Assembly (NCBI GenBank): GCA_963764165.1
Contig: CAVXRD010000001.1
Coordinates: 256,001-320,000 of the forward strand
DNA: 64,000 bases
From: an uncultured Verrucomicrobiae bacterium
GTDB taxonomy: Bacteria > Verrucomicrobiota > Verrucomicrobiia > Limisphaerales > Palsa-1400
Direction of reading: 5' to 3'
The position numbers and the translations under genes are program-made. How positions within the stretch are numbered: position 1 is the stretch's first letter; the number at the start of each line of letters is the position of its first letter. Shown here piece after piece: positions 21,200 through 31,519 of this stretch. Below the pieces are notes generated by a model. That model was not told the DNA's origin. It saw only the letters and a list, made by a program, of their open reading frames with translations, and searched no databases.

Positions 21200-22648
21200 G
21201 TGAGCTTTGCCGAACATTATTGCAACGAACGCCGCGCGGGCGTGACGCGCCGCTATTTTTTCCGCCAATGCGGAATGGGCCTCGGCGCGATGGCGCTCGC
21301 CTCGCTGCTGCGCGGCACCGATGCCCTTGGCGCGGCGGTTACAGGTGGAAATCCGCTCGTGGCGCATGCGCCACAATTTCCAGCCAAAGCCAAGCGGATC
21401 ATTTATCTCTTTCAAGCCGGCGGGCCGAGCCAGTTGGATTTGTTCAATCACCGCCCTGCCCTCGCGAAATACGACGGCCAGCCAATTCCGAAGGAAATCG
21501 TCAAAGACCAGAAATACGCCTTCATCAAGCCGGACGCGGCGCTGTTTGCCTCGAAGTTTGAGTTTGCCCGCCACGGCCAATGCGGAGCGGAAATTTCAGA
21601 GGCGCTCCCGCACCTTTCGGAAATCGTGGATGACATCGCGATCATCAACTCGATGAACACGCCCGCTTTCAATCACGCCCCTGCGCAAATTTTCATGAAC
21701 ACCGGCTCGACTGTGTTCGGCCGCCCAAGCATGGGATCGTGGGTGACATACGGGCTTGGCAGCGAGTCGCAGAATTTGCCGGCGTTTGTCGTGCTGAGTT
21801 CGGCGGGTGGAACCAGCGGCGGCGCGGGGAATTGGGGCGCGGGCTTTTTGCCGACGGTGTACCAGGGCGTCCCGTTCCGGCGCAGCGGCGATCCAATTTT
21901 ATATTTGACTAATCCTCCGGGGGTGACGCAAGCCATGCAGCGGCGCGAACTGGACGCGCTGCATCAACTGAACCAGCAGCGCCTCGGCGTGGTGGGTGAT
22001 CCGGAAATTGCCACCCGCATCAACGCTTACGAGATGGCGTATCGCATGCAAACCAGCGCGCCCGAGCTGATGGATTTGTCGAAGGAATCGAAGGAGACTT
22101 TGGAGATGTACGGCGCGAAACCAGGCGAAAGCTCGTTCGCCAACAATTGCCTCCTCGCCCGGCGATTGGCCGAGCGCGGCGTGCGTTTCATCCAGCTTTT
22201 TCACGAGGCGTGGGATCACCACAGCGACGTCACCAACGGGATTAAGAAGGAGTGCGCCACCACCGACAAACCTTGCGCCGCCTTGATCAAGGATTTGAAA
22301 CAGCGCGGCATGCTCGAGGATACCTTGGTGATTTGGGGCGGGGAATTCGGCCGCACTCCGATGGTCGAAACGAACAAGGAAGCTGGGCGCAAGCTCGGGC
22401 GCGATCATCATCCGCAGGCATTTTCGATGTGGCTGGCCGGTGGCGGCATCAAGCCCGGCCAGACCATCGGCAAGACGGATGATTTTGGCTTCAACATCAC
22501 CGAAGACCCCGTGCCCGTGCATGATCTGCACGCCACCATCCTGCGCCTGCTTGGCTTTGACCACACCAAATTGACCTATCATTCCCAAGGCCGCGACTTT
22601 CGGTTGACAGATGTTGAGGGCGAGCTGGTCTCCAAACTGATTGTGTGA
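21200..22648 (+). CDS. DUF1501 family protein
   Basis: TRRYFF Tat-like N-terminus, GGPSQLD, GEFGRTP and GRDHH. Confidence 0.95.
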   Translation: MSFAEHYCNERRAGVTRRYFFRQCGMGLGAMALASLLRGTDALGAAVTGGNPLVAHAPQFPAKAKRIIYLFQAGGPSQLDLFNHRPALAKYDGQPIPKEIVKDQKYAFIKPDAALFASKFEFARHGQCGAEISEALPHLSEIVDDIAIINSMNTPAFNHAPAQIFMNTGSTVFGRPSMGSWVTYGLGSESQNLPAFVVLSSAGGTSGGAGNWGAGFLPTVYQGVPFRRSGDPILYLTNPPGVTQAMQRRELDALHQLNQQRLGVVGDPEIATRINAYEMAYRMQTSAPELMDLSKESKETLEMYGAKPGESSFANNCLLARRLAERGVRFIQLFHEAWDHHSDVTNGIKKECATTDKPCAALIKDLKQRGMLEDTLVIWGGEFGRTPMVETNKEAGRKLGRDHHPQAFSMWLAGGGIKPGQTIGKTDDFGFNITEDPVPVHDLHATILRLLGFDHTKLTYHSQGRDFRLTDVEGELVSKLIV

Positions 22649-23664
22649 AAGCCGCTGTATTGCACGGACGTGAGGACATCCGGGTTGAGCACATCGAGCC
22701 TCCCAAAATCGGCGCCGGCGAAGTCCGGGTGAACATCGAAGCCGCGCTGACCTGCGGCACCGACCTGAAGGTTTACAGGCGCGGCTATCATGCGCGCATG
22801 ATCGTCCCCCCGTCCGTTTTCGGGCATGAATTTGCGGGTTCCATTTGCGAAATGGGCCCTGAAACGAGCGGCTGGAGTCTGGGCGACCGTGTCGTGGTGG
22901 CCAATTCGGCTCCGTGCGGAGAGTGTCTGTATTGCAAGAACGGGCAGGATAATTTGTGCGATGATTTGCTTTTTCTGAACGGCGCTTACGCGGAAACAAT
23001 TATTGTGCCCGCGCGCTTGGTGAAGAAAAACATGCTTCGCCTCGGTCCGAAAACGCGGGCCGCCGACGCCGCGCTGACCGAGCCGCTGGCGTGCGTGGTG
23101 CAAGGCTGGGAGGAAGTCGCGCCGAAAAAAGGGCAAAGCGTTCTTATACTTGGCAGCGGGCCGATTGGCTTGATGTTTGCCGCCGTCGCCCGCCACGAGG
23201 GCTGCAACATCACGATGGCCGGCCGGGGGCCTCGATTGGAAACGGCACGGAAGCTCGGCGCGGATTATGTTGTTGACGTTGGCGCATCGGGCGATTTGGT
23301 CGGTGCTGTCAATAAGACAAGCCACATTTATGACGTGGTGATCGAGGCGGTCGGAAAGCCGGAAGCGTGGCAGGCCGCATCGATGCTCGTGCGCAAGGGC
23401 GGCAAGGTGAATTTCTTCGGAGGCTGCCCGGCGGGAACCACGGTGACGCTCGACACAAGCCGGCTGCACTATTCGAGCATCACGCTGTATTCGAGTTTTC
23501 ACCACAGCCCCCGCACGATCCGCCGAGCCCTTTCGCTGATTGAAGAAGGCGTGATCAAAGCCGCCGATTTTGTCGATGGCGAGGCATTGCTTGATGATCT
23601 CCCGAATGTGTTCCGCTCGATGGCGGCCGGAAACCGCGCTGTCAAGACTTTGATTCGAAGGTAG
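22645..23664 (+). CDS. Zn-dependent alcohol dehydrogenase (MDR family)
   Basis: CGTD, GHE, structural Zn cysteines and GSGPIG. Confidence 0.93.
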   Translation: MKAAVLHGREDIRVEHIEPPKIGAGEVRVNIEAALTCGTDLKVYRRGYHARMIVPPSVFGHEFAGSICEMGPETSGWSLGDRVVVANSAPCGECLYCKNGQDNLCDDLLFLNGAYAETIIVPARLVKKNMLRLGPKTRAADAALTEPLACVVQGWEEVAPKKGQSVLILGSGPIGLMFAAVARHEGCNITMAGRGPRLETARKLGADYVVDVGASGDLVGAVNKTSHIYDVVIEAVGKPEAWQAASMLVRKGGKVNFFGGCPAGTTVTLDTSRLHYSSITLYSSFHHSPRTIRRALSLIEEGVIKAADFVDGEALLDDLPNVFRSMAAGNRAVKTLIRR

Positions 23665-23684
23665 GGATGCCGATCCCCATTCTT

Positions 23685-23762
23685 GGTAGGGCGAGACTCT
23701 GTCGAGCCCTGACTAAATTTGGTCCAAAATCCGATCAGGTCTCGACAGAGTCTCGCCCTACC
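23685..23762. repeat. GTAG-type REP doublet between convergent genes
   Basis: ggtagggcgagactctgtcgag ... ctcgacagagtctcgccctacc. Related copy at 44841-44942. Confidence 0.85.
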
Positions 23763-23769
23763 GGTGAAG

Positions 23770-26001
23770 TCATTTCCCATTGTAGGAAATGCGCCACATC
23801 GTGTTGTTTCCATCGTCGGTGATAAGCAGCGCGCCATCATGCGCGACCGTGACTCCGACAGGCCGCCCCCACACGCTGGCATTGTCAACAACAAAACCTG
23901 TCATGAAGTCCTCGTATTCGCCCGTCGCCACGCCGTTTTTGCAATGGACGCGGACAACCTTGTAGCCGGTGCGGTTGTTGCGATTCCACGATCCGTGAAA
24001 GCACGCAAAAATGTCGCCCTGATATTCCGCCGGAAATGCGGAAACGCCGGAAGCCGCGGTGTAAAACGCAATTCCGAGCGAGGCGGAATGGGCTTGCAGC
24101 GGGACATCAGGAATCGTCGCTTTTCCGGCGAGATCAGGGCGTTCGCCCGCGTGCCGCGGGTCTTCGTGATTGCCCATGTAATACCATGGCCAGCCGTAAT
24201 AGCAGCCTTCCTTCAAATGCGTGATGTAATCGGGAACAAGGTCGTCGCCCAAGCCGTCGCGCTCGTTGGTTGACACCCACAAATCACCTGTGTCGGGATG
24301 GATCGCGAGCACAGCGCCGTTGCGAACACCGGTCGCGTAAGGATGCATCGGCGTCTTGCCTTCCGGGTCGGTGATGAGGATGTTTGCGCGGTTGCTCTCC
24401 GTATCCCACGCCGCGCCGAGGCCGCGTTCAGCTTCCCATTCGCGAATCGCATCGGGTTCCTTCTTCTTCATTTCTTCCGCCACGTTCGATCCGGAACCAA
24501 CCGTGATAAACATCCGCTTTCCATCTTTCGTAAACGCCACGTCGCGGGTAGTGTGCCCGCCAGTTGTGTTGGCGAGGTGCGGCACAATAACTTCCGGCTT
24601 TTGATCCGTCTTCAAATCGCCGTTGGAATAGGGCACGCGCACGATGGAATTGTTATTGGCAATATACATCCATTTTGGATCAGGGCCCGGCGGATAAAAC
24701 GCCATGCCGAACGGCCTGTTCAACCCGCTCACAAAAATCTGGTTTTCCGCGGGCGCATCGGCTCCGTCCGTCGTGCGCATGACGCGAATGCGATTCTGCC
24801 CCGTCTCGGCAATGAAGATGTCGCCGTTCGGAGCCGTCCGCAACAAACGCGGGCCGGACAATCCGCTGGCGAATTGCTTCACGGTGAAATTGGGCGGGAC
24901 GGACAATTTCGCGTCAGGGGGAGCGGGAACGACTTTCGGTCCATTTCCTGCCGATGGCGTGGCGAACGGCGGAGGCAATGTTGCCACATCCACCCGATGT
25001 TTGACACCGGGCTTGGCGTGATGCCAGTCGCCCTCGTCGGTTTCCGGGTTCGGAGCCGCGGGCGCGGGCGTCGACGCTGCAACTGCGCCTGGCTCCGCCT
25101 TCAACGTCGCCAGGTAAGCGACAAGATTGCGCCGATTCGTCTCGTCCGGCACCGACACCAGCATCGTCGTGCCAGGGACGGCGGACACCGGATTTGCCAG
25201 GAAGCGATTCAACGCCTCCGCGTTCCAAACCAAACCAGAATCGGCCAGCGCCTTGGTGTAATTAAAATTCGGGCCGGAGCCGGCCCGGCGTCCGGCCACT
25301 CCGACAAGGCTCGGCCCCTGCCCGCCGATGGCGTTGTTCCGCGGCCCGAGCACCGCCGCGTGGCACAAGGCGCAGTTCTGCCGGAAAAACGCCTTGCCCC
25401 GGCTCACTTCATCCGTCATCCCCCCCGCCTCCGCGCCCTCTTCGGTCCCGGAAATATTGATGACATTGACGCTGGGAAATTCTGGAATTCGCACTTTGAG
25501 AAACGGCTTTTCCGCCGCCGTGTGGCACGCGTAACAGCCGGCGATCGTCTGTTTGTAAGCCGTCTCGAATCCCGGCTCATCCTTTTTCTCGATGGCGGTG
25601 GCGACCGATTTGAGTATCGTATTGGTGACAGCCTCCAGGATGCCGCCGAGATTTACCTGGTCCCCAGCTTTCGTCACATAAACCGGCTTCACCTGAACCG
25701 CCCACGCCAGATGCGCGCGCGTCGTGTCAAGGTAATAGCTGGCCAGCGGCCAATTCTGGTTTGTCCCCGCAAACCACAGATTGCCGAAGTGATAACCCAC
25801 ATCCGCCATGACGTGCGCCTGATCCGGCGCGGGTGAGCCCGCCTGCGCCGCGGCCTTCTGCGAAAAGGCTCCAACGCCTCCGATCACGAACAAAGCGGCC
25901 GGAAGAATCCGTCCACCGACGCCACGCACAGCAGAGATTGACGCCGCAAAGCGACCAGCCGAAAATCGGCCCCAGAAAAAATGAGATGAGTTACACACCA
26001 T
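23770..26001 (-). CDS. L-sorbosone/PQQ-type sugar dehydrogenase fused to two c-type cytochrome domains
   Basis: CYACH and CALCH heme motifs; GVRN, NERDGLGDDLVPDY, HGSWNR and GRPVGV. Confidence 0.88.
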   Translation of the reverse strand: MVCNSSHFFWGRFSAGRFAASISAVRGVGGRILPAALFVIGGVGAFSQKAAAQAGSPAPDQAHVMADVGYHFGNLWFAGTNQNWPLASYYLDTTRAHLAWAVQVKPVYVTKAGDQVNLGGILEAVTNTILKSVATAIEKKDEPGFETAYKQTIAGCYACHTAAEKPFLKVRIPEFPSVNVINISGTEEGAEAGGMTDEVSRGKAFFRQNCALCHAAVLGPRNNAIGGQGPSLVGVAGRRAGSGPNFNYTKALADSGLVWNAEALNRFLANPVSAVPGTTMLVSVPDETNRRNLVAYLATLKAEPGAVAASTPAPAAPNPETDEGDWHHAKPGVKHRVDVATLPPPFATPSAGNGPKVVPAPPDAKLSVPPNFTVKQFASGLSGPRLLRTAPNGDIFIAETGQNRIRVMRTTDGADAPAENQIFVSGLNRPFGMAFYPPGPDPKWMYIANNNSIVRVPYSNGDLKTDQKPEVIVPHLANTTGGHTTRDVAFTKDGKRMFITVGSGSNVAEEMKKKEPDAIREWEAERGLGAAWDTESNRANILITDPEGKTPMHPYATGVRNGAVLAIHPDTGDLWVSTNERDGLGDDLVPDYITHLKEGCYYGWPWYYMGNHEDPRHAGERPDLAGKATIPDVPLQAHSASLGIAFYTAASGVSAFPAEYQGDIFACFHGSWNRNNRTGYKVVRVHCKNGVATGEYEDFMTGFVVDNASVWGRPVGVTVAHDGALLITDDGNNTMWRISYNGK

Positions 26002-26078
26002 CGCAAACTATCTGACGCCTATTTGACATTCAACCTTCAACAAAATTTTGCCACGGCGCAAAGCGGCCGGAAAAAGTT

Positions 26079-26269
26079 AATCAGGAACGCCCGAACTCAG
26101 GAAAAGAGGCCGTGGATCATTTCTTGATGAAATTATTTTCCACGCGACAGCGCAAAATCTAATCCGACTGGCGAAAATCTGGAGGAAAGTTTCGGCTGAG
26201 GCGCACGAATCCAAGGCGCGCCCCGCAACCAAGATTAGTCTCTTTTCCTGAGTTCGGGCGTTCCTGATT
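26079..26269. repeat. Perfect 30-bp inverted repeat (ATCAGGAA family)
   Basis: 26079-26108 is the exact reverse complement of 26240-26269. Confidence 0.9.
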
Positions 26270-26362
26270 CAATTTTTCAGCCCAGGTCCCCTTCGGACAA
26301 ACGCTGTCGACTCCGCCGTTTTATTCTGGCAAATAGCAGGGATTGTCTTTCAAAGCCGCGGT

Positions 26363-26860
26363 TTGTTCATGAAAAGCTGGTTTCAATCACTGGTAAGCAC
26401 TGGCTGGTTGGCGCATTCGATTCGAACGGCGCTGGCCGCCTCGGTCTCGCTGGCGTTTGCGCGACTTTTCAAAATGCCCCAGCCTTATTGGGCGGCTGTC
26501 ACGACCATGATCGTGACACAATCGACTTTGGGCGCCGCCTGGAAAATTGCGCGCCGCCGTCTCATCGGCACAGCGATTGGTGCGACGGCAGGCGGGCTGG
26601 TGGCCACGTTTTTCGGGCCGAATGCGTTGGCCGTCGGCCTCACCATCTTTGCGCTCGGCATCGTATGCGGTTCGCTGAAGCTCGATGTAGCCGCGTATCG
26701 GTTCGCTGGGGTCGCGCTCATTATAGTGACGCTGGTGAGCGCCGGAATATCACCGCCAGCAACCATCGCCTTCCACCGATTCGCGGAAGTTGCGATCGGA
26801 ATTTTGGTGGGCCTCCTTTTCTCCGCCATTTGGCCGACGCAGGAATTAAAGTCAACTTGA
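26363..26860 (+). CDS. FUSC / aromatic acid exporter family membrane protein
   Basis: YWAAVT, RLIGT.IG and RFAEVAIG motifs. Confidence 0.85.
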   Translation: MFMKSWFQSLVSTGWLAHSIRTALAASVSLAFARLFKMPQPYWAAVTTMIVTQSTLGAAWKIARRRLIGTAIGATAGGLVATFFGPNALAVGLTIFALGIVCGSLKLDVAAYRFAGVALIIVTLVSAGISPPATIAFHRFAEVAIGILVGLLFSAIWPTQELKST

Positions 26861-26961
26861 GGGGGTTTAGGGCTTGTTAGATTGGGTGAAAACGCGCAAC
26901 CACCTAGCGCTGACGCAGCGGCATCTTGCCCGCATGGCAGACACTTGCGCGCATATTATAT

Positions 26962-27065
26962 ATATAATCTCCAAAAAGGGGCAACATCCGCTACATCATT
27001 GATTATCAGGCGTTTAAGGGGCAACAAAAATGGCAACAAGGTGGCAACAAACCCGCAACATTTTC
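26962..27065 (+). repeat. 104-bp phased-hexamer element, copy 1
   Basis: Collinear with 58947-59050 and 59915-60015. Confidence 0.8.
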
Positions 27066-27698
27066 GGAACACAAGGGGATTTCTACACCAAGGAAACAAA
27101 AGGGCACGAAGAATTCTGTCGCGCACGCCATTGATTTTGGGAGCGCAACCATCCGCAGATATTGGGCGATGGCGACGAGATTTTTGCCGTGAAAACCAAG
27201 GGTGCAATAGGGTGAAATAGCGTGCAATGCCCCGATCACGACCTATTTAACCCCTGTGCCTGATGGCCCGTTAAAAACAACTGCATCGCTGCCGCGGAAA
27301 TCCGCAAAATATCAAAGAACACGCCTCGGGGGGCGACAGGGAGAAAAATAAGGCCGAAAATCCCTTGCGTCAAATAAGATTGTAATTGCACTCTTACGTG
27401 GTATTTCGTGGCATGACAAACGAAACATCGATTGCTCAGGGGGGACTGGAAGCAAAAACATCGCCGGGGGCGCCCGGGGGCAGGAGTGTTGCGGGCGGAC
27501 GGGCCGCGCTCGCATGAGCAAGATTGCGCTGCTATTCCACTGAAAACAGCGCCCCCACCATCGCACGATTACGCATTTTTCTTTGATTCATCGCCGCGAC
27601 TTGCGATAAGAATGGAATGGCAACGGACAACAACACCAAATCCTCCGGCGATTCGGGCAACATGGCCGAGACAAAGCCGCCATTCAGTTAGCTGTCGC

Positions 27699-28502
27699 AT
27701 GGAGGTTCTGCAACTTACCGCCACGCAATTCATCAAGCCGATGTCAACGGGGAGAAACCGTCCACTCTTGCTTGGATGTGAGGACAACGCTGCCAACTCC
27801 TTTGAAGTGGTGGTAAAATTTCGTGGCAGAGAAATGGACGCGAGGGCGCAGATTGCAGAGTTGGTTACAGCGCAACTGGCCGACGACTTGGGATTGCAAG
27901 TTCCGCAAGCGGTCGTGGTGGACGTCCCAGCCGGATTCGAAGCCATCTTCGCCGAAAAAGAATTGGCAGAGATGGTGAGAATGAGCCCCGGATTAAATTT
28001 CGGTTCCGTAAACATTGGTGCGGGCTTCACGACATGGCCACCCGGGCGCAATCCCGTTGGCATGCAACGGGATCAGGCAGCGGATGTATTCGCCTTCGAC
28101 ACGCTCATCCAGAATCCCGACCGACGCGCATCGAATCCAAATTTGTGGGCACGATCGGACAAAATCGGCGTCTACGATCACGAGCAGGCCTTTTCGTTTC
28201 TAGCTCTGCCGATTATTGGCGGCGCGGCCAAGCCGTGGGAGGCGGCGACATTGGCCAAGACCTTCCAATTTTTGGAACAGCATCTATTTTACCGGAGCCT
28301 GCGCGGCGGTCGATTGAATTTCGGCCCATTCATGGAAAATTTGGGCAAGATTACAGACGGACAACTGCAAGGATATTTCGACATGGTTCCGCCCGCCTGG
28401 AAATGCCAAGGCGATTTATGCGAGCAAATCGTTGCATATTTGTCTGAGGCTCGCAATCACAGGGAAACTTTGATACAGTTCATTAAACACTTGCTACGAT
28501 GA
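27699..28502 (+). CDS. HipA-like (PI3/4-kinase fold) kinase
   Basis: VVKFRG, ELVTAQLA..LGL.VP, FDTLIQNPDR...NPNL and YDHEQAF. Start chosen at MEVLQ. Confidence 0.85.
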   Translation: MEVLQLTATQFIKPMSTGRNRPLLLGCEDNAANSFEVVVKFRGREMDARAQIAELVTAQLADDLGLQVPQAVVVDVPAGFEAIFAEKELAEMVRMSPGLNFGSVNIGAGFTTWPPGRNPVGMQRDQAADVFAFDTLIQNPDRRASNPNLWARSDKIGVYDHEQAFSFLALPIIGGAAKPWEAATLAKTFQFLEQHLFYRSLRGGRLNFGPFMENLGKITDGQLQGYFDMVPPAWKCQGDLCEQIVAYLSEARNHRETLIQFIKHLLR

Positions 28503-29368
28503 AAACAAATTATAGCACCATCATCCTGCGTTACGTTCACGATGTGGTGACCGGCGAGTTTGCCAACATTGGAGTGGTGCTCTATGCGCCTGACCAGCGG
28601 TTTTTGGAGGCGCGCTTCACCGCCTCGTACGAACGGCTCAACGCCATCTTTCTCAAGATCGATCATCTGCATTTCCGCGCGTTGATGCGTTACATGACCC
28701 ATCGGTTCGAGGAATTGGGCGCGGAAATCCGCAACGAATTGCATATTCCCCCGGTAAATGCCTTGTCGGAAATTGTCAAAAAGGTTTTGCCGCCGGACGA
28801 TAGTTCGCTCCAATGGTCGCAGCAAGGCGGCGGCATCACCGAGGACCCGGCGCGCGTGTTGGGCGAAACATATAAACGATTAGTCGAGCGCTTTGTCGCG
28901 GGCGCAACACAAGTGAGCCGCAGCGATGAGGAGGTCGCCAAACCTTTTAAGGCCAAGCTGGGCAAGATGGTCGATAAGCTTTCGGAGAAGACGATCAAGA
29001 CAAAGGACTACCAATACGATTTCCAATTCGCGTGGAAAAATGACGTTTGGCATCTCTACGAGCCCGTTTCATTTGATTTGGTTGACCCAAACAGCATCCG
29101 GGAAAAAGCAAATCGCTGGCTTGGCCGCGGCGTGGCGCTGCACGATGCGGAAGAGAGCTTTAAAATTCATTTCATCCTCGGCGAACCACGCCAGGAAGGC
29201 ACGAAGGCGGCGTTTGAGAATGCACTGCATTTGCTGCAAAAGATTCCAAGCCAGAAACATCTAGTCCGCGAAAACGAGGTGGACAGCTTTGCGGAACGTG
29301 TCTCGGAAGAGATCACAGCCCACGATGCCGAGGCACTTCCATTACGCGACAAAGCAAAACAGACATGA
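28499..29368 (+). CDS. DUF3037 domain protein
   Basis: YSTIILRYVHDVVTGEFANIGVVLY N-terminus; ATGA overlap with the kinase. Confidence 0.85.
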   Translation: MKTNYSTIILRYVHDVVTGEFANIGVVLYAPDQRFLEARFTASYERLNAIFLKIDHLHFRALMRYMTHRFEELGAEIRNELHIPPVNALSEIVKKVLPPDDSSLQWSQQGGGITEDPARVLGETYKRLVERFVAGATQVSRSDEEVAKPFKAKLGKMVDKLSEKTIKTKDYQYDFQFAWKNDVWHLYEPVSFDLVDPNSIREKANRWLGRGVALHDAEESFKIHFILGEPRQEGTKAAFENALHLLQKIPSQKHLVRENEVDSFAERVSEEITAHDAEALPLRDKAKQT

Positions 29369-29397
29369 CCGATGCGGTATTTTAGACCAAATTACAC

Positions 29398-29895
29398 GTG
29401 CCTTTCACACTACAGGAACCGAGCGAGTATGAGGTTTACGATGCCTATCTAACAAATCTCTATGGCAACAGATCGGCCAAAATTGTCGTTTCATGCGGGA
29501 CAATCCCGCCCGATCCCAAACCGAGCAAGGCCTATATCCGACGCGGTTTGCCAGGCGTGAGACCTGACACCCTCGCGAACTTCGATCGAGCCTGTAAGCG
29601 ACGGAAGGAACTGCACAGGGAGTTTTTCAAGTGCGCCGCCCGTATTCAGCTCACTCCACAGCCAGCGAGCGAGACATACGGTTTGCATAGCATTCGTACT
29701 GATTTTCCTACCGGTAATGGCATTGTTTACTTCTCATGCATCGGATTCTCCAAGGATGGTCGCCAGGCGCTCGGAAGTGTTGATACATTTTCTAACAAAT
29801 CGTTTCCGAACGCGGGATTCGGTTGGTTTATCCTAGCGAACTTTGTTCGTGGAGCTTGGCAGGTGGTCGAGAAGAAAATGGCTTGGATTGCATAG
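29398..29895 (+). CDS. Hypothetical protein
   Basis: 165-aa ORF co-oriented with the kinase operon; FSCIGFSKDGRQAL and W-IA ending. Confidence 0.6.
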   Translation: MPFTLQEPSEYEVYDAYLTNLYGNRSAKIVVSCGTIPPDPKPSKAYIRRGLPGVRPDTLANFDRACKRRKELHREFFKCAARIQLTPQPASETYGLHSIRTDFPTGNGIVYFSCIGFSKDGRQALGSVDTFSNKSFPNAGFGWFILANFVRGAWQVVEKKMAWIA

Positions 29896-29974
29896 GTCGA
29901 GCCTCATTTTTTATGCGTCGAATAATCGCAAATGTTTACTGGCCCAAGACTGAAGAAAAGCCCGTCGTTTCGAA

Positions 29975-30289
29975 TTGCTTCTGTTCTTGGTTTGGGCGAT
30001 CGCGACCCTTGAGTTCTCGGTATTGGTGATCGGGGGCAAAATTTTTCTGATCAGCCTTTATGGGTGGACAAACGTGCACGAACAAGGGTTGGTGATATTG
30101 GCGATGCCCAAGGGTCGCCCCTGGCCTCTTTCTAACGGAGATGTTGTTCCAGCAGGTCTGACATTCTACCATTACGCGATCTCGCCGGTGTGCTGGCTCG
30201 CGATATTTTTCATTACAGATCTCCCACTTCGGCTAGCCTTACCAAAAAAGAACCCAAAGTCCTCATGGAAAATATTCTTAAAAAAATAA
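29975..30289 (+). CDS. Small membrane protein
   Basis: Two hydrophobic segments; start uncertain. Confidence 0.4.
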   Translation: MLLFLVWAIATLEFSVLVIGGKIFLISLYGWTNVHEQGLVILAMPKGRPWPLSNGDVVPAGLTFYHYAISPVCWLAIFFITDLPLRLALPKKNPKSSWKIFLKK

Positions 30290-30290
30290 G

Positions 30291-30306
30291 TTGACCGTTC
30301 GGTCAA
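30291..30306. promoter_or_regulatory. Putative TetR operator overlapping a -35-like TTGACC
   Basis: TTGACCG-tt-CGGTCAA palindrome upstream of tetR. Confidence 0.75.
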
Positions 30307-30420
30307 ATTGTGGCAGATTGGTTGCGTCGAGAGAAAAAATGACGAAGGAAATAACAGTCAATTGGCCTGCGAGTAAGGCAAGATGGCCCGCCGACCGGAA
30401 TCGGTAAGGGAATCACGTTT

Positions 30421-31029
30421 ATGGCTAAGCCTGGCATCACTAAAGATAAACTCGTGGAAGTCGCTTTCGATCTTATTTGGGATCAGGGCTACGGGTCGGT
30501 GAGCGTGGGGGATATTTGTGAGCGGGCGGGCGTCAATAAGGGCAGTTTTTATCACTTTTTTGAGTCGAAGACGGATCTCGTCATTGCGGCGCATGAGCAT
30601 TTTTGGGAGGTGAAGCGGCCCGAGATGGATCGGATTTTTTCGTCGCAAGTGCCTCCGCTGGAACGCATTCACTTGTGGTGTGAATGGGTTTACGCGACGC
30701 AGAAGGAGCGATTGGAGATGCACGGCCACGTTTGCGGCTGCCCCTATGCAAGCGTGGGCACGGAAGTCGCCGGGTGCGATGATCGCATTCGGGCCACCAG
30801 CGAGCGGTTGATGGCGCGCGGGTTGAAGTATTTTGAGAATACCATCGCGGATGCGATTCGCGAGGGGCTTGTTTCGGTCACAGACCCGGCTCAGGCGGCG
30901 CAGAGGATTTGTTGTTTGATTACCGGGATCATGGTTTCGGCCAAGGTTCAGAATAGTTTGGATGTGTTCAAGGACTTGGAACCGTCTATTTTGAATCAAC
31001 TGGGCGCAAAAGTCCCGGCAGTGTCCTAA
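30421..31029 (+). CDS. TetR/AcrR family regulator (NemR-like)
   Basis: GVNKGSFYHFFESK HTH and GCP motif. Confidence 0.93.
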   Translation: MAKPGITKDKLVEVAFDLIWDQGYGSVSVGDICERAGVNKGSFYHFFESKTDLVIAAHEHFWEVKRPEMDRIFSSQVPPLERIHLWCEWVYATQKERLEMHGHVCGCPYASVGTEVAGCDDRIRATSERLMARGLKYFENTIADAIREGLVSVTDPAQAAQRICCLITGIMVSAKVQNSLDVFKDLEPSILNQLGAKVPAVS

Positions 31030-31086
31030 TCGTTGTTCGCCATTCGTTTTAATTGTGTAAATAGGCCAGAGGTTTGTTCAAAAAAG

Positions 31087-31102
31087 AATTGACCGGTCAG
31101 TT
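31087..31102. promoter_or_regulatory. Second putative TetR operator
   Basis: aattgaccggtcagtt near-palindrome sharing the TTGACCG half site. Confidence 0.55.
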
Positions 31103-31123
31103 TAAAGTTGAAGGAAAAAATTT

Positions 31124-31456
31124 ATGAAAACGCCAAATAATAGATGCTTGGAACACACAAATTCAGTGAGTCAAACGCAAACTCAAACGCGGTTCGCGGC
31201 GCTGGTCAGCCATTGCCGTGATGGATTGGAAAAATTGAAGGGCCAGCTCGTGCAGCGGTTCACTTCGGAATTCGCCGATGTCAACGCGCACATCATCCGC
31301 CAGGCGGTCAATGAAGCGGACGCACTGGCGGCTTTGACCGACATACCCCACCTTGTCCTGCCCGTGCTGGCGGAAGAGAAGGTGCAAGGGGTGCGCGAGT
31401 GGGCGCGCAGGCAGCAGGAAATCCGCGAACGGTCGCAATTCAGTTTCGCCGCTTGA
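31124..31456 (+). CDS. Small helical hypothetical protein
   Basis: AAGGA RBS-like site; lies between tetR and the MFP gene. Confidence 0.7.
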   Translation: MKTPNNRCLEHTNSVSQTQTQTRFAALVSHCRDGLEKLKGQLVQRFTSEFADVNAHIIRQAVNEADALAALTDIPHLVLPVLAEEKVQGVREWARRQQEIRERSQFSFAA

Positions 31457-31519
31457 TGCGCCCGGCGCGGATTCGGTTCAACTGGCAACTAAACCAAACC
31501 AAACTAAACCAAAAACGTT

